Origin: an uncultured Candidatus Saccharibacteria bacterium
GTDB lineage: Bacteria; Patescibacteriota; Saccharimonadia; UBA4664; CAZJNH01
DNA: 64,000 nt
Assembly (NCBI GenBank): GCA_964478595.1
Contig: CAYZIN010000004.1
Location: 557 to 64,556 of the forward strand
Direction: 5' to 3'
In this document: in pieces, positions 29,799-39,055 of the stretch
Layout of the letters: each line of letters begins with the position of its first letter
Position numbering within the stretch: position 1 is the first letter of the stretch
Made by a program: the position numbers and the translations under genes
Notes under the pieces: generated by a model
Told to the model about the DNA's origin: nothing
Database searches by the model: none
The model's input: only the letters and a program-made list of their open reading frames with translations

Positions 29799-30263
29799 TT
29801 AAATCCAGCGTGAACGGCGAACGATTCTACGTCGGCCGTAAACCGCCAAAGCGCCAAAGTTTTTTTCAATTACTTGACGCCAATTATCTTTCAGCCATTT
29901 CTTCTGCTTTTTGTATAAGTCTTCCAGCCCCCTCTCGGCAAACTCGGCCCTCATTACCCCGCCAGCATGCGGCTGTTGGTACTTTTGTTCTAGAGGCGAG
30001 TTAAAGCCATGGGCGTAGTGGCTCATCTCGTGCACCAAAGTAGCCGTTACCACATACTCCGGAATCTCCGGATCACGAAAAAGACCGTTCATAGTAATTA
30101 CGCTGGTGGAGCGATCTCTTGGATCGAGCTTGAGCGAGCCGAGACGAGTCTTGGCCCTTCTACCGTATTCGATCCGTACAATATTCTCCTGGGGTACATC
30201 GGCAAAATACTTATCCCATATCTCATCAAGCAGACCGTGCAACCAGGCTTCGTCACGTTTCAT
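29799..30263 (-). CDS. SprT-like / WLM-type zinc metallopeptidase domain protein
   Basis: HExxH motif in TLVHEMSHYAHGF. The start ATG (30263..30261) overlaps the uvrD-like TGA in an ATGA arrangement. Confidence 0.6.
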   Translation of the reverse strand: MKRDEAWLHGLLDEIWDKYFADVPQENIVRIEYGRRAKTRLGSLKLDPRDRSTSVITMNGLFRDPEIPEYVVTATLVHEMSHYAHGFNSPLEQKYQQPHAGGVMRAEFAERGLEDLYKKQKKWLKDNWRQVIEKNFGALAVYGRRRIVRRSRWI

Positions 30264-33118
30264 TGAATGTCCTCTTCTCCTGAACCCCAATAACGATAGG
30301 CAATGCACTTATGATACATGCTTTTGTTGGGCTCAAACTTGCGGTCACGAATGTCTGCAGCCGTTTTAATCAGCTTCTCGCGGTGGTTGTGCAGTATCTG
30401 CGGCGAAAGCTTGGCCCGTCCCTCTACGCCCGTTACAACGTAATCTAAAACCACCTCGGCCGGGGCTTGGCCGGTCATTGCCTCAACCGCCAAAGCATAG
30501 GTTCGTAACTGAAAATTATTTTTGGCCTTTTGATTTAACTTCTCGGCGTCACGGAGCCGACCGGTTTTAAAGTCGCGGATTTGAAGACCAGACTCGGTTT
30601 CAAAGGTGGCATCGATGCGGCCTTTGAGCCTAAGCTTGGCTTCGTTTAGCGAAAATCTGATCGACTCCTCCGACGATACTAGCTTGTCTTTGCGAGATTC
30701 CTCGCGCACAAAAAACGACCGCAACGTATCGGCGGCTTTTTGCTTGGCTTGGTCGGCTTCAACACCGGTGCGGTAACCCTGATTGCTCCACCCCTCCTCA
30801 AGCCGAGATTCTAACTGATCCAGACCGATCTTATCCCCGACTTTCCTACTCTGGTAATAATCCTCAAACAGCTTGTGCAGCAGACTGCCGAAATTGACGT
30901 TGGGCCCCATTGGAGAGCTGATCTTTAGAACCTTTTCCAGGTAAAACTCGTAAGGACAGTCTAAATACTTTTGAAGATCGGTAATGTTTAGCTCCAACCA
31001 GCCATCGGCAGACTCGAACGGCAAGCTACCGCTGTGCCACTGCATGGTTGGCGGAGCAAAACGTTCTAGTTGGGCCGCTGCCTCTTCCAGCTTGTTGGTT
31101 AGTTGCAACGGGGCCACTGGCCGTTTGAGTTCCTTAGGACCAAAAATTTCAGGTAAAAATGGGCTTAACTTACGTTCACGGCCCCCACGATCAAGTTGCG
31201 GAACCGACAAAACCAAATTGGTCTTGGCGCGAGTAATGGCGACGTAGAGCAATCGCCGTCTTTCGTGCTCGGGCGGCAATTGTAGATCATTAGACAAAAT
31301 CTCCTCGGGCAGCTCAACCCGATTTGGTACCGCTAAACTTGTCCAGGCTTCCCGAGTGTTGTTCATAAGAAAAACGGTTTCAAACTCCAACCCCTTAGCC
31401 GCGTGGACCGTCAAAAGCGCTACCCCCCTGTCGTCGCCAGCCAGCTCGTGAGCCTCAATCTGCGGGGGTTGCGGAAAGAAGTTTAGATAAGCCGAGAGTG
31501 TCGGCTCGGTCGCAACGGCTTCGTATTCTTGCATTTGGTTTAGAAGCAGTTGTAGGTCCTCAAAGACTCTTAACATCCTAGGCGTGTTGCCGGCTGAGCT
31601 AATCCATTTTTCACTCAGTCCGGTCGTTGTCACCAACCGATACGCTAGTTCGCTAACCCCAACTTCGCCGGCCCAACGCCGCCACTCATCCAGTTGTGCA
31701 CTGACCGACTTTGATCTCTCGGTTTGAATTAAGTTTAAGGCTTCCTCCGTCCCCACTAACTCTTTTCGCATCAATTCGGTGAGTTGCCTAACCTCTTCCG
31801 ACGGCCAGTCAAAAAATGGACCGAGCAGCAGTTGGATTACAGCCTCGTCGTCAACCTGAAAAGCCAGCCATCGCAACAAATGCCACAAATGTAGCATCTC
31901 GCGCGTCTCAAAGATGTTGACGCTACTAACTAGACGATAAGGAATGTTGCGGCGGCGTAAGAAGCGCGATATGGACTGCAGGGGCAAATGGGTAGTCGAC
32001 AATACCCCAATATTCTCGGCTACCTCCCCGTCTTTTAACCGCTCGGAAATAGAATCGGCGATGCCGCTGAATTCTTCCTGGCTCGATGGGTAAGCCTTAA
32101 ATTCCGGGGCATACCCCAATAGCTCGCCCTTAAGCCTTTTATTAACTCCCAGCTTCACCTCTAGCCGCTCTGGGTTATTGTGCTGGATTAACTGGTACGC
32201 TACATCCAGAATTTTCTGGCTCGAGCGATAATTTTGGGTTAAGACCACCGGGCTTTTAAGCTCAAAGTGCTCGGCAAACTGCAGGATATTTTCAATTCGA
32301 GCCCCCCTAAAGCCATATATCGCCTGATCGTCGTCACCAACCGCAAAAATATTGCCGTTTTTAGGCACAAGACAACGTAGCAACAAATCCTGGGCCAAAT
32401 TGGTGTCTTGATATTCATCGACCAGTACGTGCCGGTATTGCTCCCGTAGCTTTTCGGCAACGTTTGGCCTTGCCTGCAAGAGCCTTAGAGGAAGTGTGAT
32501 TTGGTCGTAATGGTCAATTAGACCGTAGCGCTTTTTCAGAGTTTCGTAGAGACGGTAGATTTTGAGCCGGTCACTGGCTTCATCGAGATCAAGGGGATGG
32601 ACTGCAGACGTTTTGAGTTGTTTAACGTAGTTTTCAAACTCTTCGACCGAGGTGTCGTTATTTTGCAAAGCTTCGATGTAGTCAACGCTGCCAGAAATAA
32701 AGTCCAACAGATTTGAATGGGTTGAATAGTAACTCAGTTCAGTCTCCGAGAAATGTTGTCGTAGCAACAACATTTTTGTGTTTTTACTCAGCAATTCAGC
32801 TCGATTTGGCAATCCGGCGTGATGTCCGAACCGAATTAAAACCTGTGAACCAAAAGCATGAAAAGTCATGACGTTTATCTGGTGCGCAGACCAACCCAAC
32901 AGGCTATCAAGCCGGTCTATCATCTCTCCCGCTGCTTTTTCGGTAAAAGTTAAAGCCAGGATTTCGTCGGGCTTAGCCAGTTTATTCTCAATTAGGTACG
33001 CAATCCGCTGACCGATCACTTCGGTTTTACCGGTGCCGGCTCCAGCCACTACAAGCAGCGGCCCTTGGCCGTGTTCCACCGCCCGTTTTTGCGCTGGATT
33101 GAGATTGCTTACCCCCAT
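30260..33118 (-). CDS. UvrD/PcrA-family ATP-dependent DNA helicase with a C-terminal PD-(D/E)XK (RecB/Cas4-like) nuclease domain
   Basis: Walker A VVAGAGTGKTE. UvrD motifs across the helicase core. The C-terminal ~250 aa contain YLDCPYEFY and a Cys-rich tail. Confidence 0.9.
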   Translation of the reverse strand: MGVSNLNPAQKRAVEHGQGPLLVVAGAGTGKTEVIGQRIAYLIENKLAKPDEILALTFTEKAAGEMIDRLDSLLGWSAHQINVMTFHAFGSQVLIRFGHHAGLPNRAELLSKNTKMLLLRQHFSETELSYYSTHSNLLDFISGSVDYIEALQNNDTSVEEFENYVKQLKTSAVHPLDLDEASDRLKIYRLYETLKKRYGLIDHYDQITLPLRLLQARPNVAEKLREQYRHVLVDEYQDTNLAQDLLLRCLVPKNGNIFAVGDDDQAIYGFRGARIENILQFAEHFELKSPVVLTQNYRSSQKILDVAYQLIQHNNPERLEVKLGVNKRLKGELLGYAPEFKAYPSSQEEFSGIADSISERLKDGEVAENIGVLSTTHLPLQSISRFLRRRNIPYRLVSSVNIFETREMLHLWHLLRWLAFQVDDEAVIQLLLGPFFDWPSEEVRQLTELMRKELVGTEEALNLIQTERSKSVSAQLDEWRRWAGEVGVSELAYRLVTTTGLSEKWISSAGNTPRMLRVFEDLQLLLNQMQEYEAVATEPTLSAYLNFFPQPPQIEAHELAGDDRGVALLTVHAAKGLEFETVFLMNNTREAWTSLAVPNRVELPEEILSNDLQLPPEHERRRLLYVAITRAKTNLVLSVPQLDRGGRERKLSPFLPEIFGPKELKRPVAPLQLTNKLEEAAAQLERFAPPTMQWHSGSLPFESADGWLELNITDLQKYLDCPYEFYLEKVLKISSPMGPNVNFGSLLHKLFEDYYQSRKVGDKIGLDQLESRLEEGWSNQGYRTGVEADQAKQKAADTLRSFFVREESRKDKLVSSEESIRFSLNEAKLRLKGRIDATFETESGLQIRDFKTGRLRDAEKLNQKAKNNFQLRTYALAVEAMTGQAPAEVVLDYVVTGVEGRAKLSPQILHNHREKLIKTAADIRDRKFEPNKSMYHKCIAYRYWGSGEEDIQ

Positions 33119-33145
33119 CTAGCCTTAGTATAACAAGTTTGCCAG

Positions 33146-35248
33146 ATGGTTTTGCCCGTTAAAAAATGTTATGCTCCCCTCAAGGTGGGTGAGTTAATTA
33201 TCAGAAGTTCAAAACTCTTCCCCGCTAGCCGTCAAGCAAATTCGGCCAGCGTCGCTACTGCATTTATTTTTGAGCCTAACGACAAACAGCAACAGATCGG
33301 CGAACTGTTTGTTGTAATCGAGATTTTAAGCGCTGCCAACAAACCCGAAAAAGTAGCTGATTTGATTATCGAAGCTTTCGGAAAGGCCTTTTACGCTCCA
33401 AAAGATGATGATGAAGAAGATGGCGAAGGTGAAACCGCCGCCCGGTTTGATGTTGCGATAAAAGCCGTTAACCAAGACTTGGCCCACTACACCGGACACG
33501 AAGACGCCACCTGGATCGGTAAAACTAGCGCTATTTTGGCGGTTGCCAAAGAAAACGAGCTCCACATTACCAGCACTGGTTCAGCAGAAGCCTACTTGGC
33601 ACGCAAAGGTCATCTCGCCAAGATTGACGCTACCGACCACGAGCATCGACACCAAACACATAAACCATTCACAAATATTGCTAGCGGTCACCTGGAAAGC
33701 GGCGACCGGCTGCTATTTTCAACGCCTGCATTGCTACGAATTCTGTCTCGTAAAGAAATTACCGATATCCTGTCTGACTCAAATGCAAACGCGGCAGCCG
33801 CCGAAATTGCCGAAAGAATTGAACCCGAAACCGGCTCAGAAAGAGTTGCCGCCATCATCGCGGAGGCTACGACCAGTGAAGCTATTAGCGGCGAACCGTT
33901 ACCCACCGAGTCACCTTCAATTGCTCTGGGTCCGAAAGGGCGGCGGTTTGACTCGATCAAAGCCAAGGCCACTCCGCTGTTGCAAAACGCCAGTACTCAC
34001 GCAAGACCGCTAGCCGGCAAAAGCGCAGAGCTGGCTCAACGGAGTTGGCACTACACTAAATCAAACCTTGGACCCAAAGCTCGTCAGCATGGTCTAAGCT
34101 TTGTCGGTTGGCTACGGAGAAAGCTGCGAAACCCTAAGCAACGAAAGTTCGTTTTCGTTGGAGTGATAGTTGTAGCCTTAGCCCTCTTTTTCATTATTTT
34201 CTCGATGCTAGGATCAGGATCGAAGTCGGCGGAATTTAAAATATATGACCAGGCACTCAGCGAAGCTCAATCCGGACAGCAACTTTGGCTCTCCGGAAAC
34301 AAGACGTCTGCCCAAAGTAAGCTCCAGGCCGCGAGCAGCGATCTGTCTAAACTAGCCAGATACAAACCGGCCAAAAGCTTTGATAAAGCCCTCTCAAAGC
34401 GTAAACACAGTGGCTTTGATCCAGCCTCGGTCGGAGGCTTGAAAAATTTAATCCAAAACCTCCTTGACCAAATTACCGGACTTACTAGGACCAGCGGCAA
34501 ACCAATAGCTACTCTTTCAGGGGTTTCAGATCCAACTTTTCTTGAGGTAATCGCCAAGAATCTAGTGGTTGTCAGCAGCGACAGCTCGCCCTCTATCACT
34601 ACCGTTACAACCGACACCCACAAAGTTTCAACCAAAAGCGTTAAGCAGGTCGGCAAAGTAGTGGCTACGGCCGTCGGAGACGACAGCGTCTACTTACTGA
34701 CCGACAAGCCCGACGTCTGGGCATTTAAGCCTTCTGACGGCTCTCTAACTGAGCTAAGCGCCAGCTGGGTCAACGGCAAAGCCATCGCGACCTACAACGG
34801 CAATATCTACATCTTGCGCGATGATAATTCGCAGGTTATGAAATTCGCCAAAACCGGATCGGACTTTAGCGACCCAACCACCTACCTGGCTTCCGGACAA
34901 GAATCAAACCTTACGGGAATGAACGCTCTGTTCGTTGACGGCTCGGTCATTACCGCCGGCAACGGCATTGACCGCTTTTTCACCGGATCTCTCGCCCAGC
35001 AGGCCAAGAATCTGCCCTCCGACTTTAAGAACATATCCGAGGTCAAAACGTTTTCCAACGGAAATTTGATACTTGCCCTCGATCAAGCCGGCCATTTGGG
35101 AACACTAAACTTTGATGGCGGCAGCATTACTTTCTCGAAACAATTCTTAGTTTCAGGCGAAACGCTGGGGGCTTTCTCCTCCGGCGATGCTACCACAATC
35201 TACGGACTCTCAGGCAATAAAGTCTTTAGCTTTAGCCTGTCACCTTAA
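33146..35248 (+). CDS. Large single-pass membrane protein (700 aa). The cytoplasmic N-terminal alpha/beta domain (about 330 aa) is possibly PP2C/SpoIIE-like. The C-terminal domain is extracellular and beta-rich.
   Basis: Central TM KFVFVGVIVVALALFFIIFSMLGS. No confident family motif recognised. Confidence 0.45.
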   Translation: MVLPVKKCYAPLKVGELIIRSSKLFPASRQANSASVATAFIFEPNDKQQQIGELFVVIEILSAANKPEKVADLIIEAFGKAFYAPKDDDEEDGEGETAARFDVAIKAVNQDLAHYTGHEDATWIGKTSAILAVAKENELHITSTGSAEAYLARKGHLAKIDATDHEHRHQTHKPFTNIASGHLESGDRLLFSTPALLRILSRKEITDILSDSNANAAAAEIAERIEPETGSERVAAIIAEATTSEAISGEPLPTESPSIALGPKGRRFDSIKAKATPLLQNASTHARPLAGKSAELAQRSWHYTKSNLGPKARQHGLSFVGWLRRKLRNPKQRKFVFVGVIVVALALFFIIFSMLGSGSKSAEFKIYDQALSEAQSGQQLWLSGNKTSAQSKLQAASSDLSKLARYKPAKSFDKALSKRKHSGFDPASVGGLKNLIQNLLDQITGLTRTSGKPIATLSGVSDPTFLEVIAKNLVVVSSDSSPSITTVTTDTHKVSTKSVKQVGKVVATAVGDDSVYLLTDKPDVWAFKPSDGSLTELSASWVNGKAIATYNGNIYILRDDNSQVMKFAKTGSDFSDPTTYLASGQESNLTGMNALFVDGSVITAGNGIDRFFTGSLAQQAKNLPSDFKNISEVKTFSNGNLILALDQAGHLGTLNFDGGSITFSKQFLVSGETLGAFSSGDATTIYGLSGNKVFSFSLSP

Positions 35249-35697
35249 TGGCGGGGCACCCAATCCCAGTAGTAACCTGTACCGTTTACTTCGAGGATAA
35301 ATTCCTAGTTATTCGTCGCCACGATGCTGCCAAGAAGTTCGGTGGAACTTGGGGTTTCCCGGGAGGCAAAGTTGAAGTGGATGAAACCATCGCCGGCGCT
35401 ATCAAACGCGAGGTTAAGGAAGAGACCGATCTCGAGCTGGAAGACAAATTCTTTTTGCTTGATTCGTACTTCTACCCGGGGTCACTTGGCATCCACTTCG
35501 CAGTCTTTGCCACCTCAGACAAAGTCACGACCGAACCGGGTGTTGAGTATCAGTGGCTGAGTGATCTACCGGACCTCCAAAAGCTGCCACGCATACCCGG
35601 AATCGACTACCATATCAATCGATTTGAACAGTTAAAAAGCCAACCCCCAATTTCCCTCAGGGAAATCGACTACACACCAGACAAATACATCAACTAA
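35248..35697 (+). CDS. NUDIX hydrolase
   Basis: Nudix box GGKVEVDETIAGAIKREVKEETDL. Confidence 0.85.
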   Translation: MAGHPIPVVTCTVYFEDKFLVIRRHDAAKKFGGTWGFPGGKVEVDETIAGAIKREVKEETDLELEDKFFLLDSYFYPGSLGIHFAVFATSDKVTTEPGVEYQWLSDLPDLQKLPRIPGIDYHINRFEQLKSQPPISLREIDYTPDKYIN

Positions 35698-37329
35698 CTA
35701 CATCTTTTTGAGCGGTTTGATACCTAGAATCGCGAAATAACTTTCGAAAAAAGAACTAATTTGTTGTACAAAATACAACTTTTCGCCCGCCTTTTTATCT
35801 TGTAGGTCTAATATGCGCTCATTTTCGTAGTAGTCGTGAAATAGCTTAGCCAGATCTGAACCGAAGAAAGCTAACGCATGTACTCCGAAATCCTCACAGA
35901 TTGACTCGAGAAGTGCAGGAAACTTAGAGGCCAATCGTACAATTCCCTGCTCTCTCCCGGAGAGGTCTTGAACCCTCGATCCTACCGACAGTTTTTTAGA
36001 TTTAGCTTTCTCAAGAATTGAGTTTGCTCGAACATAGGCGTACATAACGTACCAATACGGGTTTTTCTGGGACTGTTCCTTGGCGAGGTTAAGGTCAAAG
36101 TCCATATGACTGTCGGCTGAGCGCATCAAGAAAAAGAACCGCGCCACATCTGAACCAACCTCCTTAATCAACTCGTTGGTAGTAACGTAAGTCCCCAAAC
36201 GTTTGCCCATCTTCACCTCTTTGCCATCTCGCATCAGCCTGACGAACTGGTAAACCAGAAAGTCTAACCGTCCCTTTAACTTTAACCCCTGCTCTACCAT
36301 CACCTTTAAAGATAGCGTTTGCCCCGAGTGATCGGCTCCAAAGACCTTAACGGCACCATTAAACCCACGTTTTTTGAAAATGTTTTCGTGATAAGCAAGA
36401 TCGGAACCCAAATAACTGATGTCCCCATTGCTCTTTCTTAGGACACGATCTCGGTCATCACCAAATTTAGTGGACAGGGCCCAAACCGCCCTATCCTTTT
36501 TCTCGGCAAACCCAGACTCAAGTAACTCATTCTCAAGTCGATCGTAGTCGCCCTTCTCGATAAGATCTCGCTCGTTAAACCAGTGGTCCATCTTGATATT
36601 CATGTTGCGAATCGCCGGCTCGATGTAGCGCTGCCTGATCGCTAAGGTTAAAGCCTTAGCCGCTTCCATGTCGGATTTTTCTAACTCAACCCTAAATTCT
36701 TTAGCCAACTCATCTAAATAAGCGCCCTTATACTCCTGTTCACCTTCTTTGAGTCCGGCCGAAATTCTGGCGGAATCCACCAACTTCATAATCTGAGTGC
36801 CGGCGTCGTTGAAGTAGTATTCTCGAGTAACTTCGTTACCTTGCGACGCCAGTACGTTCGAAAGAGTATCGCCAATAAATCCCCCTCTAGCGTTGCCGAT
36901 GGTGAGCGGTCCAGTCGGGTTAGCCGAAATAAACTCTACCTGCACTTTTTGGCCTTTTCCCAGGTTAGAGCTGCCGTAAGTCTGATCGATTTTGGCCAGT
37001 TCTTTTATCCAGACATCGCTCTTGAGCACAAAATTTAAATAGGGCCCTTCGGCTTTAACTTCCTCGATTTGCGGACCGGCTAACTTAACGGCCAAAGCTG
37101 ATGCAATCTCAATCGGTTTTTTACCAGTCTGTTTAGCTAATTCGAAAGCCACATTACAGCTAAAATCACCCTTGCCTTCGGGCGCATACTCGATAACCGC
37201 TTCAACGTCGTGGTTAAACTGCCTTTTGGCCTCAGTCCTAACTAAATTTTGCAGTTCGGTTTTCACTCTCCTGATTATACGAGGTAAAATTAGCTGGATG
37301 AAAGTTTTAGCCAAAAACCGCCGTGCCAA
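35698..37329 (-). CDS. argS: Arginine--tRNA ligase
   Basis: Class I aaRS with HIGH-like and KMSK-like (KMGKR) motifs. The annotated ATG start overlaps smpB divergently; an internal GTG start about 22 codons downstream is possible. Confidence 0.9.
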   Translation of the reverse strand: MARRFLAKTFIQLILPRIIRRVKTELQNLVRTEAKRQFNHDVEAVIEYAPEGKGDFSCNVAFELAKQTGKKPIEIASALAVKLAGPQIEEVKAEGPYLNFVLKSDVWIKELAKIDQTYGSSNLGKGQKVQVEFISANPTGPLTIGNARGGFIGDTLSNVLASQGNEVTREYYFNDAGTQIMKLVDSARISAGLKEGEQEYKGAYLDELAKEFRVELEKSDMEAAKALTLAIRQRYIEPAIRNMNIKMDHWFNERDLIEKGDYDRLENELLESGFAEKKDRAVWALSTKFGDDRDRVLRKSNGDISYLGSDLAYHENIFKKRGFNGAVKVFGADHSGQTLSLKVMVEQGLKLKGRLDFLVYQFVRLMRDGKEVKMGKRLGTYVTTNELIKEVGSDVARFFFLMRSADSHMDFDLNLAKEQSQKNPYWYVMYAYVRANSILEKAKSKKLSVGSRVQDLSGREQGIVRLASKFPALLESICEDFGVHALAFFGSDLAKLFHDYYENERILDLQDKKAGEKLYFVQQISSFFESYFAILGIKPLKKM

Positions 37330-37729
37330 TTTTGATTACACCATCACTGAAAAGCTGGTGGCGGGCCTTTCCTTATCCGGTGCCGAAGTCAAAAGCATTA
37401 AAGCGGGACATATTAGCCTAAAGGGCGCCTACGTTAACGTTTTAGGCAGCGAGGCTTTTTTAATTGGCTCCCACGTTTCTCCTTACCAAAATGCAGTCAA
37501 CTTCGAGCCGGAACGCTCGCGCAAACTCTTGTTGCACCGCAAACAAATCGACCACCTATTAGACCAACGCAACGCCGGCCTGACGGCTGCACCACTGGCG
37601 GTGATTGAGCAAAAGGGCTTAATTAAACTCGAAGTTGGTATTGGGAGACCCAAAAAACAATTGGACAAGCGAGACAGCCTTAAAACGCGGCAACTCGAAA
37701 GAGAATTGGCTAAAAAATTAAAGCGCTAG
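37298..37729 (+). CDS. smpB: SsrA-binding protein SmpB
   Basis: MKVLAKNRRANFDYTI...GAEVKSIKAGHISLKGAYV is canonical SmpB. The tool ORF is extended upstream. Confidence 0.9.
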   Translation: MKVLAKNRRANFDYTITEKLVAGLSLSGAEVKSIKAGHISLKGAYVNVLGSEAFLIGSHVSPYQNAVNFEPERSRKLLLHRKQIDHLLDQRNAGLTAAPLAVIEQKGLIKLEVGIGRPKKQLDKRDSLKTRQLERELAKKLKR

Positions 37730-37995
37730 CCGCGGCGATGAAAACCAATAGATAAGTCGTGCCTAAAGGCTGCCGCGATGCGAACGATCGTCGCCAAAGT
37801 CGGGTTGGCGTCACCAGATTCAATCCTGGCAATCTGGGCCTGGGTCGTACCAATTCGCTCAGCCAATTCGCGTTGAGAAATACCGCTAGCAATACGGTGT
37901 CTTTGAATATCGCCACCTAAAATAACCGCTGCCGCCCGTCCCACCTGCTTATGGGTTTGGGGCTTGGGGCGCCGATAACGCCTCACATTATCCAT
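37726..37995 (-). CDS. XRE-family helix-turn-helix transcriptional regulator
   Basis: HTH_3 core ISQRELAERIGTTQAQIARIE. Confidence 0.75.
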   Translation of the reverse strand: MDNVRRYRRPKPQTHKQVGRAAAVILGGDIQRHRIASGISQRELAERIGTTQAQIARIESGDANPTLATIVRIAAAFRHDLSIGFHRRG

Positions 37996-38054
37996 ATATT
38001 AAATTGTATCATAACCCTAAAGCTTAACCTGGAGATATCATAAATGATGTCAGT

Positions 38055-38684
38055 CTAGAGTTCGACGCTGTCGCCGTTTTTGAGGTCGATTACCCGATCC
38101 TTACCGGCTTTTTCGATAAACTCGTCCAGGCTGGGCTTAAAATGGCCTTCGTAATGGATCGGAATGATCTTTTCGGCCTGAATACCATCTGCGAGGTCAA
38201 TCGCGGCTTGTAGCGGGTCTGGAAGGCTGCTACCGATCGGTGCGGCCAAGTTGTCCGCCTTTAGCCCGCTAAGCTTAAGGCCGTCTCCGGGGTGAAACAG
38301 CAGACCATCAATTAAATACCCAGTGTTTTGCGGTAGCTCCACAGGCAGTCCAGTTCCAACCAGCGGAAAGTGTGGTAAATCAAGTGCTTTAACCTTGAAA
38401 CCAGCTACTAAAAACTCCTCGCCATCCTTAACCGTAGTGACCGGAATTTTAATCTTAGATGCCACATCGGCATTGGCATAAATTTCTACGTCGGCTGCTT
38501 TGAGTTGATCGATGATCGACTCATCGAAGTGGTCGGGGTGTGAATGCGTATACAAAACCGCCTCGACTAGACCAAGGTCCTGAAGTTTATACTTTTCGGC
38601 CACTAGGTTACCTGGGTCGATCAGAATGCATTGCCCATTTTTGCAAAGCACCAGGCAGGACTGAGGATATTTTGTTACTTTCAT
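38055..38684 (-). CDS. Metallo-beta-lactamase-fold hydrolase
   Basis: HxHxDH motif (YTHSHPDH). Confidence 0.8.
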   Translation of the reverse strand: MKVTKYPQSCLVLCKNGQCILIDPGNLVAEKYKLQDLGLVEAVLYTHSHPDHFDESIIDQLKAADVEIYANADVASKIKIPVTTVKDGEEFLVAGFKVKALDLPHFPLVGTGLPVELPQNTGYLIDGLLFHPGDGLKLSGLKADNLAAPIGSSLPDPLQAAIDLADGIQAEKIIPIHYEGHFKPSLDEFIEKAGKDRVIDLKNGDSVEL

Positions 38685-38798
38685 AGACTGGAAAGGATTT
38701 TACATTAGTCGGAGGTTAGGAAATTTGTGTGATCATAAAAAGTTTAGTCAAAAAATTAACGAATTTTTGGAATTTACAAAAAAACAGAAAAAAAAGTG

Positions 38799-38827
38799 TT
38801 GACAGTGGTTATGCTAATGCCTTAAAT
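38799..38827 (+). promoter_or_regulatory. sigma70-like promoter: TTGACA, 17-nt spacer, TTAAAT
   Basis: Exact -35 consensus. Spacer gtggttatgctaatgcc (17 nt). -10 is TTAAAT. Sits in the AT-rich intergenic region upstream of the repeat-protein gene at 39056. Confidence 0.45.
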
Positions 38828-38884
38828 TCGTCTTAGGTACCTGTACAAAAAAAGTATTCAAAACAAAAACTCAACAACTTCCAC

Positions 38885-38916
38885 AGAAAAAACGGCTTTC
38901 CCAAGCCGTTTTTTCT
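38885..38916 (+). terminator. Intrinsic terminator-like hairpin (AAAAAACGGCTT-TCCC-AAGCCGTTTTTT), usable in both directions
   Basis: 12-bp stem followed by TTTTTTCTTT on plus. Its symmetry gives a U-tract on minus too. Confidence 0.5.
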
Positions 38917-39055
38917 TTACCTGTTTTTCCGTCTAAAAAAGCTTCGGAAAATTCCAAAATTTTTCTGCAACCAAATGCCTTTTTTGAAAGTTCTTCTAAT
39001 TCTAGTTAAACCGCTTCGATTTATACTTAAATTCAATTAAACATGTGGAGGGTAA

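Noticed and set aside
29675-30004. 109-aa plus-strand ORF
   Set aside because: Overlaps the tRNA-Pro gene and the SprT-like gene on the opposite strand.
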